64,000 nucleotides of DNA from IMG/VR virus record IMGVR_UViG_3300027896_000028; one strand, given 5' to 3'. The position numbers and the translations under genes were made by a program. Every line of letters starts with the position of its first letter. The stretch's first letter is position 1. Below the pieces are notes generated by a model. That model searched no databases, was not told the DNA's origin, and saw only the letters and a list, made by a program, of their open reading frames with translations. Positions 28,640 to 38,301 of the stretch are shown here, one piece after another. The stretch is from a virus. Its lineage: Duplodnaviria; Heunggongvirae; Uroviricota; Caudoviricetes.

Positions 28640-29460
28640 TAAATCCTTCTGACTCCATCGCCGGAATCAAAGCTCATAAACAAGACGATCTGCTTACAAA
28701 CTCTCAGCAAAATTATGTTTATTGTTAGAGCACAAAAACGCTTATTTAAAAAAGCTGGTGACTGTTTTCGCGTGGTCACGGCAGCGGCTAGTTCGCGTAA
28801 CTAGCGGACGGAATAGTGAATGTCCATATTAGGGTCGGCTCACCACGTGCTCAAGCCTTGTTAGGTTTTTAATTTAGCGCTATGCCTAACGAACGCGTCT
28901 CCGTCGAGATTTAAATTGGACTTGGTGGGGGTTTAGATTACCCACAACTCACCTGTTCAACGATCTTTTCAGTCACACCAGCAAGCTTAATTACTTCTTG
29001 CCTTTTTAGGTGATGGGATTGATTACCCACAGTTCTCGGCAGCTATCTAATATATTTTAGAATAGCCTGAACCCCTTCTCAGTACCAAGTTGGCCAACTC
29101 AATACCTCCAGGACTTTAACCATCAAACAGACTCTGTACTCGTATCTGCTCTTCGCAGCTCCGATGCGTTACCCCTTGCTTCAAAGGTTGTTCCGCCACA
29201 AAAGTCCAAATTGTCTGTTCATGAGCCGGTTGATGGGCTTGCACACATGCTGTCCGCTTGGTCACGGGTATGGCCAGCTCACAAACAAATTTTAAAAGAA
29301 CAAAACTACAAAATTGCGGTAGGTTTTTAAACCGATGCACCTACAAAATCGGTCGGGTTAGACTTTCTATCACCCGCAGTTCCGAGTCATTATAGCATTC
29401 ACATCCTCGCGCGCTGTTGAGTTTTTAGTTTAAGGTAACGCACTCAACGAACCTAAATCG
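28640..29460. other. about 0.8-kb structured non-coding region (possible ncRNA, origin or regulatory region)
   Basis: No credible ORF. GC is elevated against background. Multiple hairpins (GCTAGTT-CGCG-AACTAGC; GTGGG...CCCAC) and two copies of GATTACCCACA at 28936 and 29021. Confidence 0.4.
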
Positions 29461-29461
29461 A

Positions 29462-29788
29462 TCAATGCGCAGTCGACAAATAGTGACTGTGCAAACCAAC
29501 TACCTTGTTACCCATTTCCGGGAACGCGACAAAATAGCGAGTAAATTGCCGGTTGCTATTACCACGGATATGGACACCATCCTGAGTCGAGACCGCGACA
29601 ACCGTACCGGTCAAGCCAACATACTTCTTGTAACGACCTTGCTCACTCTTGCGAGTATTGCGCGTAACCTTCACCGTTTGAGCGGGGGTAAATTTGCAAT
29701 TGCGGTTCGTGCTTTGGTCCCACTCAGTGAGCACCGAGGCATAGATGTTGTTCTTGTCGAGTAATTTGATACGTTTCGTTAAGTTCAT
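29462..29788 (-). CDS. hypothetical protein
   Basis: 108 aa. GC-rich. Confidence 0.45.
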   Translation of the reverse strand: MNLTKRIKLLDKNNIYASVLTEWDQSTNRNCKFTPAQTVKVTRNTRKSEQGRYKKYVGLTGTVVAVSTQDGVHIRGNSNRQFTRYFVAFPEMGNKVVGLHSHYLSTAH

Positions 29789-29835
29789 ATTTTTATTATA
29801 CTGTATTGTTTTTGTTTTTCAACTGTTTTTTCCGT

Positions 29836-30366
29836 TTAAACCGTTTTAAAGTATTTGACCTCTTTACCTTTTTTATTGCAAGCTTTCATCTCTGTAAAGA
29901 CGATCGTCTTAGCTTTGACACCATCCTTGATAGCTTTGTAAGCTTCCATGTAACTGATGCCGAGCTTCTCAGACAACTCCTTACAGCTGTATTCACCTTC
30001 AGGTAACTTTACAGCTACCTTTACGACCTCTTCTTCGTCTTCAGCAGCCAGCTTCGCAACACCTGCTGCAGTCAGCTCTTCAAATTTAACCTTGGCAGCA
30101 CCACGAGCTCCATAGCTCCAAGCCGTGCGACCAAACGTATTAGCTGACGGATAAACTTCACGATCTTCCGGTTCAAAAGCACCACCAGGTAATGGGTCAC
30201 CTTTCTTGCGCTTCTTGATTATGAAGACTTCGTATCCCATTAACAAGTCTTTCTGACGACGTTCGTAAATTGCAACGTTCTCGTTGCGCATGACTTGATT
30301 CAAAGTAACAGGGTTACCGACAAAACCATCACCAGTCCAAATCTTAGTTTTCGGTAATTCAATCAT
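29836..30366 (-). CDS. hypothetical protein
   Basis: 176 aa. GC-rich, with a charged Ala/Glu/Lys-rich C-terminus. Confidence 0.5.
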   Translation of the reverse strand: MIELPKTKIWTGDGFVGNPVTLNQVMRNENVAIYERRQKDLLMGYEVFIIKKRKKGDPLPGGAFEPEDREVYPSANTFGRTAWSYGARGAAKVKFEELTAAGVAKLAAEDEEEVVKVAVKLPEGEYSCKELSEKLGISYMEAYKAIKDGVKAKTIVFTEMKACNKKGKEVKYFKTV

Positions 30367-30613
30367 ATGTAAATTATAGTCGCTTCTCTCACTTAGTCAA
30401 GAAAATATTTTGTGTGAATGGAGGTATCACCCTCTTGATGCATTTTGGCCAATGCTGGTTACTTCTGTCGAGTCGATATCAAACTACTTACGGGTTATAG
30501 TCTGCAGGTATATACGCCGCCTGTTTTACATTTCCATTGCCGGCTGCAGCGAGCAACGTTTGCCGTTTTGGTTTGTCGTGGTGAGTTGTCCACGTTTCAT
30601 TCACACAAAAAAT

Positions 30614-30835
30614 TTAAAAAGTCGTAGTCAGTTGACTGCGTATTGAGTCGACATCCTCAATCCCCTTGGGTTTGGTCGCGTCAATTTCAGCGTGAATTTC
30701 GCGGAGCAGTTTCCAGCTATTTCTGGTCACGGCCCAGCCAGCCATACGCTCACGCAATCTTTTTGCCGACGGACGACCGTAGTTGGGGTTTTGGGAGAGT
30801 TTGGTACCGACGTAGACAGCTTTCGAATCAGACAT
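30614..30835 (-). CDS. hypothetical protein
   Basis: 73-aa ORF. Confidence 0.4.
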   Translation of the reverse strand: MSDSKAVYVGTKLSQNPNYGRPSAKRLRERMAGWAVTRNSWKLLREIHAEIDATKPKGIEDVDSIRSQLTTTF

Positions 30836-30994
30836 AATAATTTAGTCAGTTGAGGTTTAGGTTGTTACGGCATGAATGTCAAAACAAATATCATCGCGAT
30901 AGCGTAGGCAGTATTCGGTGAACCTGACCACGCCGTCCAAGCGATGGCGACTAAGAGTACAACTCTTAGCAGCCAAAGCCAGTTCGACAAAAAC

Positions 30995-31318
30995 TTAAGC
31001 AGCAGCGGGCTCATTGTTAATCTTTTTGTCGAAGTGGAAACGCAGTTTGTTGCCAGCTGTCCAAATCGTCAGGATGCCCTTCGCGACTCCAGCTGCGTTG
31101 ACCACCAGTGTACAACCGATTTCGTCGTTGTACCGGTAATTGTATTCAGACGACTCAGCAACGTGCTGGTCGTAACGTTTGAGGATCCAATCCTTGGCGA
31201 CTTTTGCGTATTCGGTTAATTGTTTATCGATCATGTTTATATTTTGGCTCATAAATTGTGTTTGTGCAAGTTGTTTCTTTGTATTTCTGTATTTTTCTTT
31301 AGACACCCACGGAATCAT
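30995..31318 (-). CDS. hypothetical protein
   Basis: 107-aa ORF. Confidence 0.4.
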   Translation of the reverse strand: MIPWVSKEKYRNTKKQLAQTQFMSQNINMIDKQLTEYAKVAKDWILKRYDQHVAESSEYNYRYNDEIGCTLVVNAAGVAKGILTIWTAGNKLRFHFDKKINNEPAAA

Positions 31319-31727
31319 TGGAGTCTTGAGATTTGGTCTGCTTAGATATCAAGTGATCTAGGTTAATTTTCAGGGGATTTTGGTTTGTTTCACTGTGTTT
31401 TTCCATCTGACTATACATACTCTCACCCAGTTCTGTCAACTTAAAGACTGGTTCTCCGTATTTGTCAACCTCAGTTGGATGTGGTTCTAGCAAACCAGCC
31501 TCCTGTAATTTGTCGGTGACTTCTTTCATAGCTTTGTCTTTTTCTTCCATGATAATTAGTCGAGCTTTCCACCTCGTACAGCCTAGTTGCTCCATAAGGA
31601 ACGTCTCAGCATCTGCGTCCGACATTATCGTTTTTTGTTTCTTCTCCGAAGTATAAATCCAGAGCAGAAATAAATTTGCAGCTATAATTGCTACAACCAG
31701 ACCATATTGTATGAACGTGTATAACAT
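31299..31727 (-). CDS. membrane-anchored protein
   Basis: 142 aa with an N-terminal TM helix (LVVAIIAANLFLLWIY). Confidence 0.45.
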   Translation of the reverse strand: MLYTFIQYGLVVAIIAANLFLLWIYTSEKKQKTIMSDADAETFLMEQLGCTRWKARLIIMEEKDKAMKEVTDKLQEAGLLEPHPTEVDKYGEPVFKLTELGESMYSQMEKHSETNQNPLKINLDHLISKQTKSQDSNDSVGV

Positions 31728-31732
31728 ATTTT

Positions 31733-32059
31733 CTATCCACTGCAGTTAAAGGTTTGAGTCGATTTCGTTGCTCCCACCTTATGACAGATTTCTTTAAAGA
31801 CATTTGTCGCGACATCATTGTCAGTAATCGACAATATTCTCTTAACTTTGTCGCGACCCTGATCTTCAGTCAAGTTGGTCCATTCTGGGTCACCAGATGT
31901 AAATACGTTGACCGTAGCAGACTTACTTATTTGGACGTCAGGAAATAGCCTTGCAATCTCCCTCACGAACGCTTCGTCAAAATCTCTTTCATACGCCGCG
32001 TTCATCATACTCTCAAGTAGGTTACCAGCGCTTAGAGTCTTACTCTTTTTTCGTCTCAT
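31733..32059 (-). CDS. hypothetical protein (paralog family, member 1)
   Basis: 108 aa. Shares GDPEW(T/S)NLT(E/D)D and a ...ICxxxG core with 32063..32371. Confidence 0.5.
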   Translation of the reverse strand: MRRKKSKTLSAGNLLESMMNAAYERDFDEAFVREIARLFPDVQISKSATVNVFTSGDPEWTNLTEDQGRDKVKRILSITDNDVATNVFKEICHKVGATKSTQTFNCSG

Positions 32060-32062
32060 ACG

Positions 32063-32371
32063 TCAAAAAGGTGGTTCTGATATGTCGACTGCTTTCCACT
32101 CGCCATTGTATCCTGTGTATATCCAGGTCTCGTCTGCAGTGCTCTCGTCGTTATTATACGACGTTACTGACAGTGCTTCAGCATCGCGCTTGTCACGAGC
32201 TTGACTGCAAATTTCATTGAAGAGGTTTAAAGCGGTTTTATAGTCTAGACCGGGAAACATTGCCTGCACCTTAATGACACCAGCATCATCAGTCAGATTA
32301 CTCCACTCTGGGTCGCCGACCTCACCGGATGTTTTGACAGGTTTGACTACACCTGGTTTACCTCGCTTCAT
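32063..32371 (-). CDS. hypothetical protein (paralog family, member 2)
   Basis: 102 aa. GDPEWSNLTDDAG...LFNEICSQ. Confidence 0.5.
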   Translation of the reverse strand: MKRGKPGVVKPVKTSGEVGDPEWSNLTDDAGVIKVQAMFPGLDYKTALNLFNEICSQARDKRDAEALSVTSYNNDESTADETWIYTGYNGEWKAVDISEPPF

Positions 32372-32454
32372 TGACTCTAGTATTTGGCGAATAGCATCTG
32401 TTGCTTCTTGCTTCTTGCTTCTGTTCGTCAGTTCTGTAGTCTGCGTAGTAGTCT

Positions 32455-32781
32455 TTAATCTTCATACGACTTGGTAATGTTATAGATTGACTGATCTATT
32501 GTATAAGCACCTGTCAGAGTTACAAAATTAGTGCTTTGAAAAACCGCTTTCATACCTGCATTCTTAATTTCCTGTTTACACAATTCTTTAAAAATTTCTG
32601 CTGCGGTTATGTTATTAGGTATAGACAACAACTCTGATACTGCTTTGCTACCCTCTGGTGTTGTCATATGACTCCAAACTATCGGGGTATTTGGAACCAT
32701 AGCAATCTCTAAACAAGGATTAGGCACACTACCGGGTGTGTTCAATGTCCATTCTTCATCTGTTATTGGGTCTTCGTTCAT
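32455..32781 (-). CDS. hypothetical protein (paralog family, member 3, divergent)
   Basis: 108 aa. TDEEWTLNTPG...IFKELCKQ. Confidence 0.45.
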   Translation of the reverse strand: MNEDPITDEEWTLNTPGSVPNPCLEIAMVPNTPIVWSHMTTPEGSKAVSELLSIPNNITAAEIFKELCKQEIKNAGMKAVFQSTNFVTLTGAYTIDQSIYNITKSYED

Positions 32782-33257
32782 TCAGAGTCGATTTCATCTA
32801 ATGTGGAGTCAAAATCAACCGAGCTGTTAAGCCTCTTAATAATCTCGTCCTTGCAGCTATCTATCAAACCGACATCAGTATCAGTCTGAACTAGATGAGA
32901 TGTCAGATTAGACATATCGTTGTCATCATCCACAATTACAAAGCAAGTCACATCCGGGTTCTCGTCGAGCCAGTGTTGTATCTCACCACCTCTATCGAGG
33001 TGCGGCAGACTTGCTGTCTTACCAATGACTACACGACGAGTAGCTGGGCTGAGTTTTGAGAACAGATAATTAACTGATGCTGGGTGATGTCTCCATGTAG
33101 ATGAAAGAACGATGTCGCAGCCTGTTTCTGCAGCAATTTGATCTAACATTGCGCATTTATCTTTTTCTACCCCTACCAAACCATCAAATGATTCGGTCGT
33201 AAACCTGTTGTTGAGAACTCCATCAACGTCTAAGAAGAGTACTTTCCTTGATTGCAT
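32778..33257 (-). CDS. HAD-superfamily phosphatase
   Basis: 159 aa. Motif I is FLDVDGVLN, and the acidic motif is FVIVDDDND. Confidence 0.7.
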   Translation of the reverse strand: MQSRKVLFLDVDGVLNNRFTTESFDGLVGVEKDKCAMLDQIAAETGCDIVLSSTWRHHPASVNYLFSKLSPATRRVVIGKTASLPHLDRGGEIQHWLDENPDVTCFVIVDDDNDMSNLTSHLVQTDTDVGLIDSCKDEIIKRLNSSVDFDSTLDEIDSE

Positions 33258-33323
33258 AATTAGTTTTTTTGTAGTGTGATTTCCATTGTTGTAATTATAT
33301 TTGACAAATTTAAAAAGTCAATG

Positions 33324-34799
33324 TTATTTTTTAATTTGGTCTTTCCAGAATATCGATAGAGCGAGTTGAGTACAGCGACTCTGGAATTGAGCTGCACTTT
33401 CACCTCTGCCTGCTTCGATAGTTTTCTCAACCAGTTCAGGGTAATCAGAGAGTATATATTTCGCAACTTTTTCGCGCTCTGTTTGCTCCATCTCGTGCAG
33501 CTCGATAATACGGTCTACACGCCCTGGTCGAGTTGATTTGACTTCGATATCAGCCTTATCTGGTATACCAAGTGCAGGGTCAAGACTTGATATGTCGTTA
33601 GTTGTAATAACCAAGAACACACCATCTCCATTATTGACACCTGAAATAGTATTCAAGAGACAATCGAATGTGAGTGAGTCTATCAACTCCTTAGCCGTAA
33701 TATTTGCTCTACCGCTGAACACGTTATCAATATCTTCAATCAGAGCTATAGCAGGTGCATTTTGTTGAACCTCCTGCCATGCTTCGGTAAAGGAGTTATT
33801 GTCTAACCCGCTTAAGTCGAGAACATATACAGGTAAATCCAAATCCATCGCAATAGAACGAACAAGTGTACTCTTACCAGTTCCAGGTTTACCGTGTAGG
33901 AGCCAGCCCATGCGCCAGGTAATACCTTTTTCTTTGAACCACTTTTCGTGTTTAAGCCACAACCGAATTTCTTTAACGGCTTCCATAACATAGTCAGGGA
34001 AGAAGAAAACATTAAAAGCTGTGTTCTTACCTTTCTTGGTTCCAATATCGCCAATCTCCCAGTTAAGTAGGCGAACTACGTTTGTGCGTATATTTGTTTC
34101 ATCTGAAGATACACCAGTGTGACCACCTCTACTCGACACTTCATCGCTACCATTCTTTCCACCTGAGCCCTTCATAGAGCGACCAATACGCGTAATGCTA
34201 AAGCGATTATTCTTTTCTACAAGGTTTTCAAAGCCTGTTACACACTTCAACCCGCTATTAGAGCTTATGCGGTGTAGGCTGTTATAATAGTCGATCGACT
34301 CTAATACAAGTTTATTGATATCAAATAGGCCTCTGATTGTGCTGACGTTAATAATAAAGTCGGAGCTATATTCACCAAAGCCGCGAGAATCCTTCTGACC
34401 ATTAAAACCGTATACAATTGGTCTCTTATTAAGCCATACTAGGATGCTTTCAGACGAGAAGCTTTCAAAACCAACAACCTCAACGCGTTGAACAGGGTTA
34501 ACAAACAGCTTACTACCACCAAAGACTCGAGGTCCAAATATGCTACGCTTTGCTTTAGCGTTTAAGTAAGCGCTTATTGCTTTAGCTGAATCATCCTTAA
34601 GAGTAACCTTGACAAACAATATGCTGCTCAAATTGCGCACAAAACCGGTAATATGGCCCCATGCAGTAACAACTATCGCGATTACAGCAGCGATACCCGC
34701 ATATCCACCAGCACTAGTTAAGTATGCAGGTATATTTGAACTTGCTGCATGAACAACAGGGACTGCGTTAGAAGCTTGAATAATGAAGTTAGTTGTCAT
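33324..34799 (-). CDS. membrane-anchored AAA+ ATPase (BCS1-like)
   Basis: 491 aa. N-terminal TM segment, Walker A LLHGKPGTGKST and Walker B ALIEDID (the IEDID form typical of BCS1). Confidence 0.65.
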   Translation of the reverse strand: MTTNFIIQASNAVPVVHAASSNIPAYLTSAGGYAGIAAVIAIVVTAWGHITGFVRNLSSILFVKVTLKDDSAKAISAYLNAKAKRSIFGPRVFGGSKLFVNPVQRVEVVGFESFSSESILVWLNKRPIVYGFNGQKDSRGFGEYSSDFIINVSTIRGLFDINKLVLESIDYYNSLHRISSNSGLKCVTGFENLVEKNNRFSITRIGRSMKGSGGKNGSDEVSSRGGHTGVSSDETNIRTNVVRLLNWEIGDIGTKKGKNTAFNVFFFPDYVMEAVKEIRLWLKHEKWFKEKGITWRMGWLLHGKPGTGKSTLVRSIAMDLDLPVYVLDLSGLDNNSFTEAWQEVQQNAPAIALIEDIDNVFSGRANITAKELIDSLTFDCLLNTISGVNNGDGVFLVITTNDISSLDPALGIPDKADIEVKSTRPGRVDRIIELHEMEQTEREKVAKYILSDYPELVEKTIEAGRGESAAQFQSRCTQLALSIFWKDQIKK

Positions 34800-34800
34800 A

Positions 34801-35103
34801 TTATTTTACCTTTTCAAAAACGTGAGCTACAAATGCACCTTCCTTAAGAGTATAAGAGCCAATAAATAAGACCCCTGTGTCAGAGCAAGGTGTATCTACT
34901 CCTACTGTAATTATCTCTTTTGGTATATATGGATTGTTAATATTCTCTGCAACATACAAGTTAACTGCTGGTCTAATACCATACGCACCAGATACTGGTT
35001 TTGATTTATCAGTATGAATGCTTAAGAACATGGCTCCCTCTCTCACATGAATATTCTGTGAGTTGCTGACGCTCAGTTCTATAGCTCTAATTTGCATGCT
35101 CAT
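34801..35103 (-). CDS. hypothetical protein
   Basis: 100 aa. Confidence 0.4.
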   Translation of the reverse strand: MSMQIRAIELSVSNSQNIHVREGAMFLSIHTDKSKPVSGAYGIRPAVNLYVAENINNPYIPKEIITVGVDTPCSDTGVLFIGSYTLKEGAFVAHVFEKVK

Positions 35104-35725
35104 AATTTGTCGTGAATGTCGTTGTTTGATTTATTTCCAGACACTTATAATACACACCATCAATAGTAATTTCAAGATTTTTATGGTGGTGTCCAAAGAA
35201 AACTTGTTTCGGTTTGCGTCTCTCAATCATTCGCTGGAGAGCTAACCTAGTACGAGATTTTGCAGTAACCCACGGCCACGCACCCTGTACAATATTCTGA
35301 GGGCCATCGTGTGAAAGAAGAGTATCAGCAGAGCTGTGTTCCCATTGATTAATAGCTTCTTCGAGTTGTTGGTATGTCAACTCTTCATCATCCCACCAGT
35401 CGATACCAATTGTGCGAGAATCCTTGTCATGACTATCTGCACCAGAAACAAAGAAGAAGCCTTTATACTCACCGAAATCACCTAGACAGTTTGGAAGGGT
35501 ATGGCACTCTTTGCGATTGTCGTGATTACCTGGGAAGAACTTAAAGGTAGGTGGTAACTTCTTAAACTTGTATGTATCCGGTACACCATCAACAATAAAG
35601 CCAACACCTAAGTCTCCTATCTGGATAACCTCAGTTTTAGTAGGTACCCTCTTCTGAGCTTTTTGGTGCACCTTATGGCACCTATCTAGGTAACCATGTA
35701 CATCGCCTAAAATTGTAAATGTCAT
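35087..35725 (-). CDS. metallophosphoesterase (calcineurin-like / lambda PPase-like)
   Basis: 212 aa with GDVHG, GDLGVG and GNHDN motifs. Confidence 0.75.
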   Translation of the reverse strand: MTFTILGDVHGYLDRCHKVHQKAQKRVPTKTEVIQIGDLGVGFIVDGVPDTYKFKKLPPTFKFFPGNHDNRKECHTLPNCLGDFGEYKGFFFVSGADSHDKDSRTIGIDWWDDEELTYQQLEEAINQWEHSSADTLLSHDGPQNIVQGAWPWVTAKSRTRLALQRMIERRKPKQVFFGHHHKNLEITIDGVYYKCLEINQTTTFTTNYEHAN

Positions 35726-35922
35726 ACTATTGGTGATCTTAGATCTAAGAGATCAAAGTCGTTCTTGTTGACAGTTAGTTTTCCGTGGTCTTTAAACTCT
35801 ACAATGTAGTAGTAGTCATCGCATACTCTAGTATCTCGAGTAACAGCAATTAAGGTACCTTCTTCATGCTTCTCTATTCTGTTACCTTCAACGGTAACAG
35901 CTTTGCGTGCGCACACCCTCAT
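35722..35922 (-). CDS. hypothetical protein
   Basis: 66 aa. Confidence 0.35.
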   Translation of the reverse strand: MRVCARKAVTVEGNRIEKHEEGTLIAVTRDTRVCDDYYYIVEFKDHGKLTVNKNDFDLLDLRSPIV

Positions 35923-36022
35923 TCTATTGTAGATTCTTCAGCTTTGATAGCTTCCTGTTTTTGTTTCTCGAGATAGATGTTGTATTCCGCTTCTTGTTCA
36001 GTTTGTTCTTCAGTCGTCATAT

Positions 36023-36205
36023 TTACCTTTTTAATAGGATGTTGATCCAAGTGATTAATGTAATTAAAAATGGTGCTGTAATCAAGGCGAAAATCACGCC
36101 ACCTACTGGCCCGGAATCACAATGCCAGAAATGGAACCATTTAGTCTTCTTGACTATTACAGTTGGTTTGGTAGGTACTATCGGTTTTGATGTTTGTTGT
36201 ATCAT
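36023..36205 (-). CDS. small membrane protein
   Basis: 60 aa, hydrophobic. Confidence 0.3.
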   Translation of the reverse strand: MIQQTSKPIVPTKPTVIVKKTKWFHFWHCDSGPVGGVIFALITAPFLITLITWINILLKR

Positions 36206-36420
36206 GCTAGTTCGTTAATAGTTGGTAAATGGTTTCCTTGGACATTACGTGTATATACAAAAGTCGACGGTACTAGGTCCCATGGATTATATCCAATATA
36301 AGCTGTATGCGAAGTTGTATCCGGTTTAGGGAATTCAATCTTCTGCGGTCCAGGTGGTTGAAACAGTGTGTTCAAACCAACTGGTCTCAGGATATTAGGG
36401 TTAATAGCTCCTACAGTCAT
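36202..36420 (-). CDS. hypothetical protein
   Basis: 72 aa. Confidence 0.35.
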   Translation of the reverse strand: MTVGAINPNILRPVGLNTLFQPPGPQKIEFPKPDTTSHTAYIGYNPWDLVPSTFVYTRNVQGNHLPTINELA

Positions 36421-36872
36421 ACAGGTAGTTTACAGATAAACAAAGTACCTTCCCACTCTTCGAAGATAACTTTGAGCATCGTTTCAATAATTCTCCAGTC
36501 TCCTCCACCGAGGCCACACCCGATAAAGTAGGGTACTGCAGCACTTCTCAAACCTACAGTTTCAAGATGACTGCGAATACCTGTCATCCCGGTAAAGAAG
36601 GCTTCATAGTCGGTATGACGTTTATCACTTCCATACCGATATTGACTGTATAGGTTATAGATGTACTTAGCATCATAAGCTTTAACACAGCTATAGTGGC
36701 CCATCTTAGCTTTGTCTCCACAAGTGGTATGATTATCTGCCTCAGCAGCTTCAGGGTACCTATCACGAATTAACCTAGCAATGCCGCCACCCATCTTCCC
36801 AAAGCAATTGCATTGGTGAATGATAGCATCACTCTCCATTTTAAAGATGTCCATTTCAACATTTGTAATCAT
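36417..36872 (-). CDS. Macro-domain protein (ADP-ribose binding/processing)
   Basis: 151 aa. IIHQCNCFGKMGGGIARLI matches the macro-domain core (NAAN...GGGV). Confidence 0.7.
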   Translation of the reverse strand: MITNVEMDIFKMESDAIIHQCNCFGKMGGGIARLIRDRYPEAAEADNHTTCGDKAKMGHYSCVKAYDAKYIYNLYSQYRYGSDKRHTDYEAFFTGMTGIRSHLETVGLRSAAVPYFIGCGLGGGDWRIIETMLKVIFEEWEGTLFICKLPV

Positions 36873-37522
36873 TTCTTTTCCTCTAGTCTTCCAGCTGTAT
36901 TGTCAATTTCCTGTCTACGTTTAGCTGCTTTAGCTCTGCATTCAGCGCAGCGAATAGTAACCCAGCCCAGACTAGCTGTTACATCCTTTGTGGAACCGCA
37001 AGTCTCACAAATCTTATAAGACATAGATTCCGCGAAGTCGATATACGCCATGGTGGTCATATCCCCACCCCTAACATAGAAGCACAACCCGCCGAACTTT
37101 TCTTTAACCTGCAAAGCAACCACTTGAGATCTGGGGATCTTGGATTCCTTATGGTGTTCATGCAAGCTGAAATGGCTTTGAATCCACTGATACAATCTCC
37201 ACTCTGTACTCTTAAAATATCCCGCAGGTCTAGGGCCCTTGTTGTCGTCCAACAATATGTTGTGTGCTAACGGATACACGATATGATTCCACACCAAGGC
37301 ATTCCACAATCTCTTCAGCTTACGAATGACTATATTTTCAGGGACCCAATCCTTCTGGTCGCAATGCCATTGAATCTTGCGACAGGTTAGATCAAGAAGA
37401 TCATACCATCCATCTCCGCATTCAAACCCCCAGTACATACAACTTTCAGTCATTGGCTTATCTCTGTCAGCAAAGATCTTAGGGTACTTGTCGTATAACT
37501 TCTTTGTATTTTCTTCGTTCAT
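36869..37522 (-). CDS. hypothetical protein with C-terminal zinc ribbon
   Basis: 217 aa. CETCGS...CAEC at the C-terminus. Translationally coupled to the macro gene. Confidence 0.5.
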   Translation of the reverse strand: MNEENTKKLYDKYPKIFADRDKPMTESCMYWGFECGDGWYDLLDLTCRKIQWHCDQKDWVPENIVIRKLKRLWNALVWNHIVYPLAHNILLDDNKGPRPAGYFKSTEWRLYQWIQSHFSLHEHHKESKIPRSQVVALQVKEKFGGLCFYVRGGDMTTMAYIDFAESMSYKICETCGSTKDVTASLGWVTIRCAECRAKAAKRRQEIDNTAGRLEEKK

Positions 37523-37525
37523 ATA

Positions 37526-37843
37526 TTATGTCGATTTAATCGGACCACACCAAGGCCCATTAGGCACTGGCCAACCTGGACCTGGGTTTATAATAGGCGG
37601 ATAATGCACCTGTGGTGGACTACAAGGACAGACAGATGTAAAGGGAGACAACCCAGCGCCACATCGCGGACAAATCCAACCTGTTAAGCCACCAGCTGGT
37701 CTAGAGTTCGGGCTCGGGTTCTGTATCAGCTCTTTTTTATCACCACTAGCTTCTTGTATTATTTGCAGCCACGTCTTTCCGCAGCAGGTACAAGAGCCAC
37801 CATCAGACTCAAAATTATGTTCATTCCAGATACATTCGCTCAT
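37526..37843 (-). CDS. cysteine-rich zinc-finger protein
   Basis: 105 aa with CTCCGK...CPRCGAG...CPCS. Confidence 0.45.
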   Translation of the reverse strand: MSECIWNEHNFESDGGSCTCCGKTWLQIIQEASGDKKELIQNPSPNSRPAGGLTGWICPRCGAGLSPFTSVCPCSPPQVHYPPIINPGPGWPVPNGPWCGPIKST

Positions 37844-37893
37844 AAGACATATTAACCTATTCTATCGTCATAATCAACTTAAAATATTGACAT

Positions 37894-37930
37894 AAAAAAC
37901 GCGTACTATTTCTAATACGCGTTTTGTGTT
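37894..37930 (-). terminator. rho-independent terminator (bidirectional hairpin)
   Basis: 10-bp stem AAAACGCGTA/TACGCGTTTT, 10-nt loop, flanked by A6 and T-runs. Downstream of gene 37942..38190. Confidence 0.6.
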
Positions 37931-37941
37931 TATCTGTTTGG

Positions 37942-38190
37942 TTAGTTAAATGCAGTTAATGCATTCACAACTGTAGCGAGGCGAGCGTTAGCCTGAGCCT
38001 GCGTCCAGTCACCAGCAGCATCGTAAGCAGCTCCACTCCACAACACAACCGGTTGCGCGAGTTCTGCGACGAAAGCGCGGACGATCTTCTGACTTGGAAG
38101 ATCGACAACGCGCTCAAGCGTTACAGAGGAGATAACTACAGCCTGCTTAATCGTCTTAGGAGACGATAGGTCTATTTTAATGGCAGCCAT
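37942..38190 (-). CDS. hypothetical protein
   Basis: 82 aa. Confidence 0.45.
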   Translation of the reverse strand: MAAIKIDLSSPKTIKQAVVISSVTLERVVDLPSQKIVRAFVAELAQPVVLWSGAAYDAAGDWTQAQANARLATVVNALTAFN

Positions 38191-38301
38191 ATTTGGTCCT
38201 TTTTGTTATGTCCGATTGTCTACGCGATCAGCTTTCGTTCGGACGCCGTGCTAATCGTTTATAAGGTTACCACTCAGTAACCAAAATTGTTAAATTATTT
38301 A

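Noticed and set aside
30410-30646. 78-aa and 60-aa plus-strand ORFs in the 30.4-30.6 kb intergenic region
   Set aside because: They are short, overlap each other in different frames, and lie in a GC-elevated non-coding segment bounded by inverted repeats. No start context or motifs were found.
33260-33466. 68-aa minus-strand ORF
   Set aside because: It overlaps the 3' end of the BCS1-like ATPase gene in another frame, so it is probably spurious.
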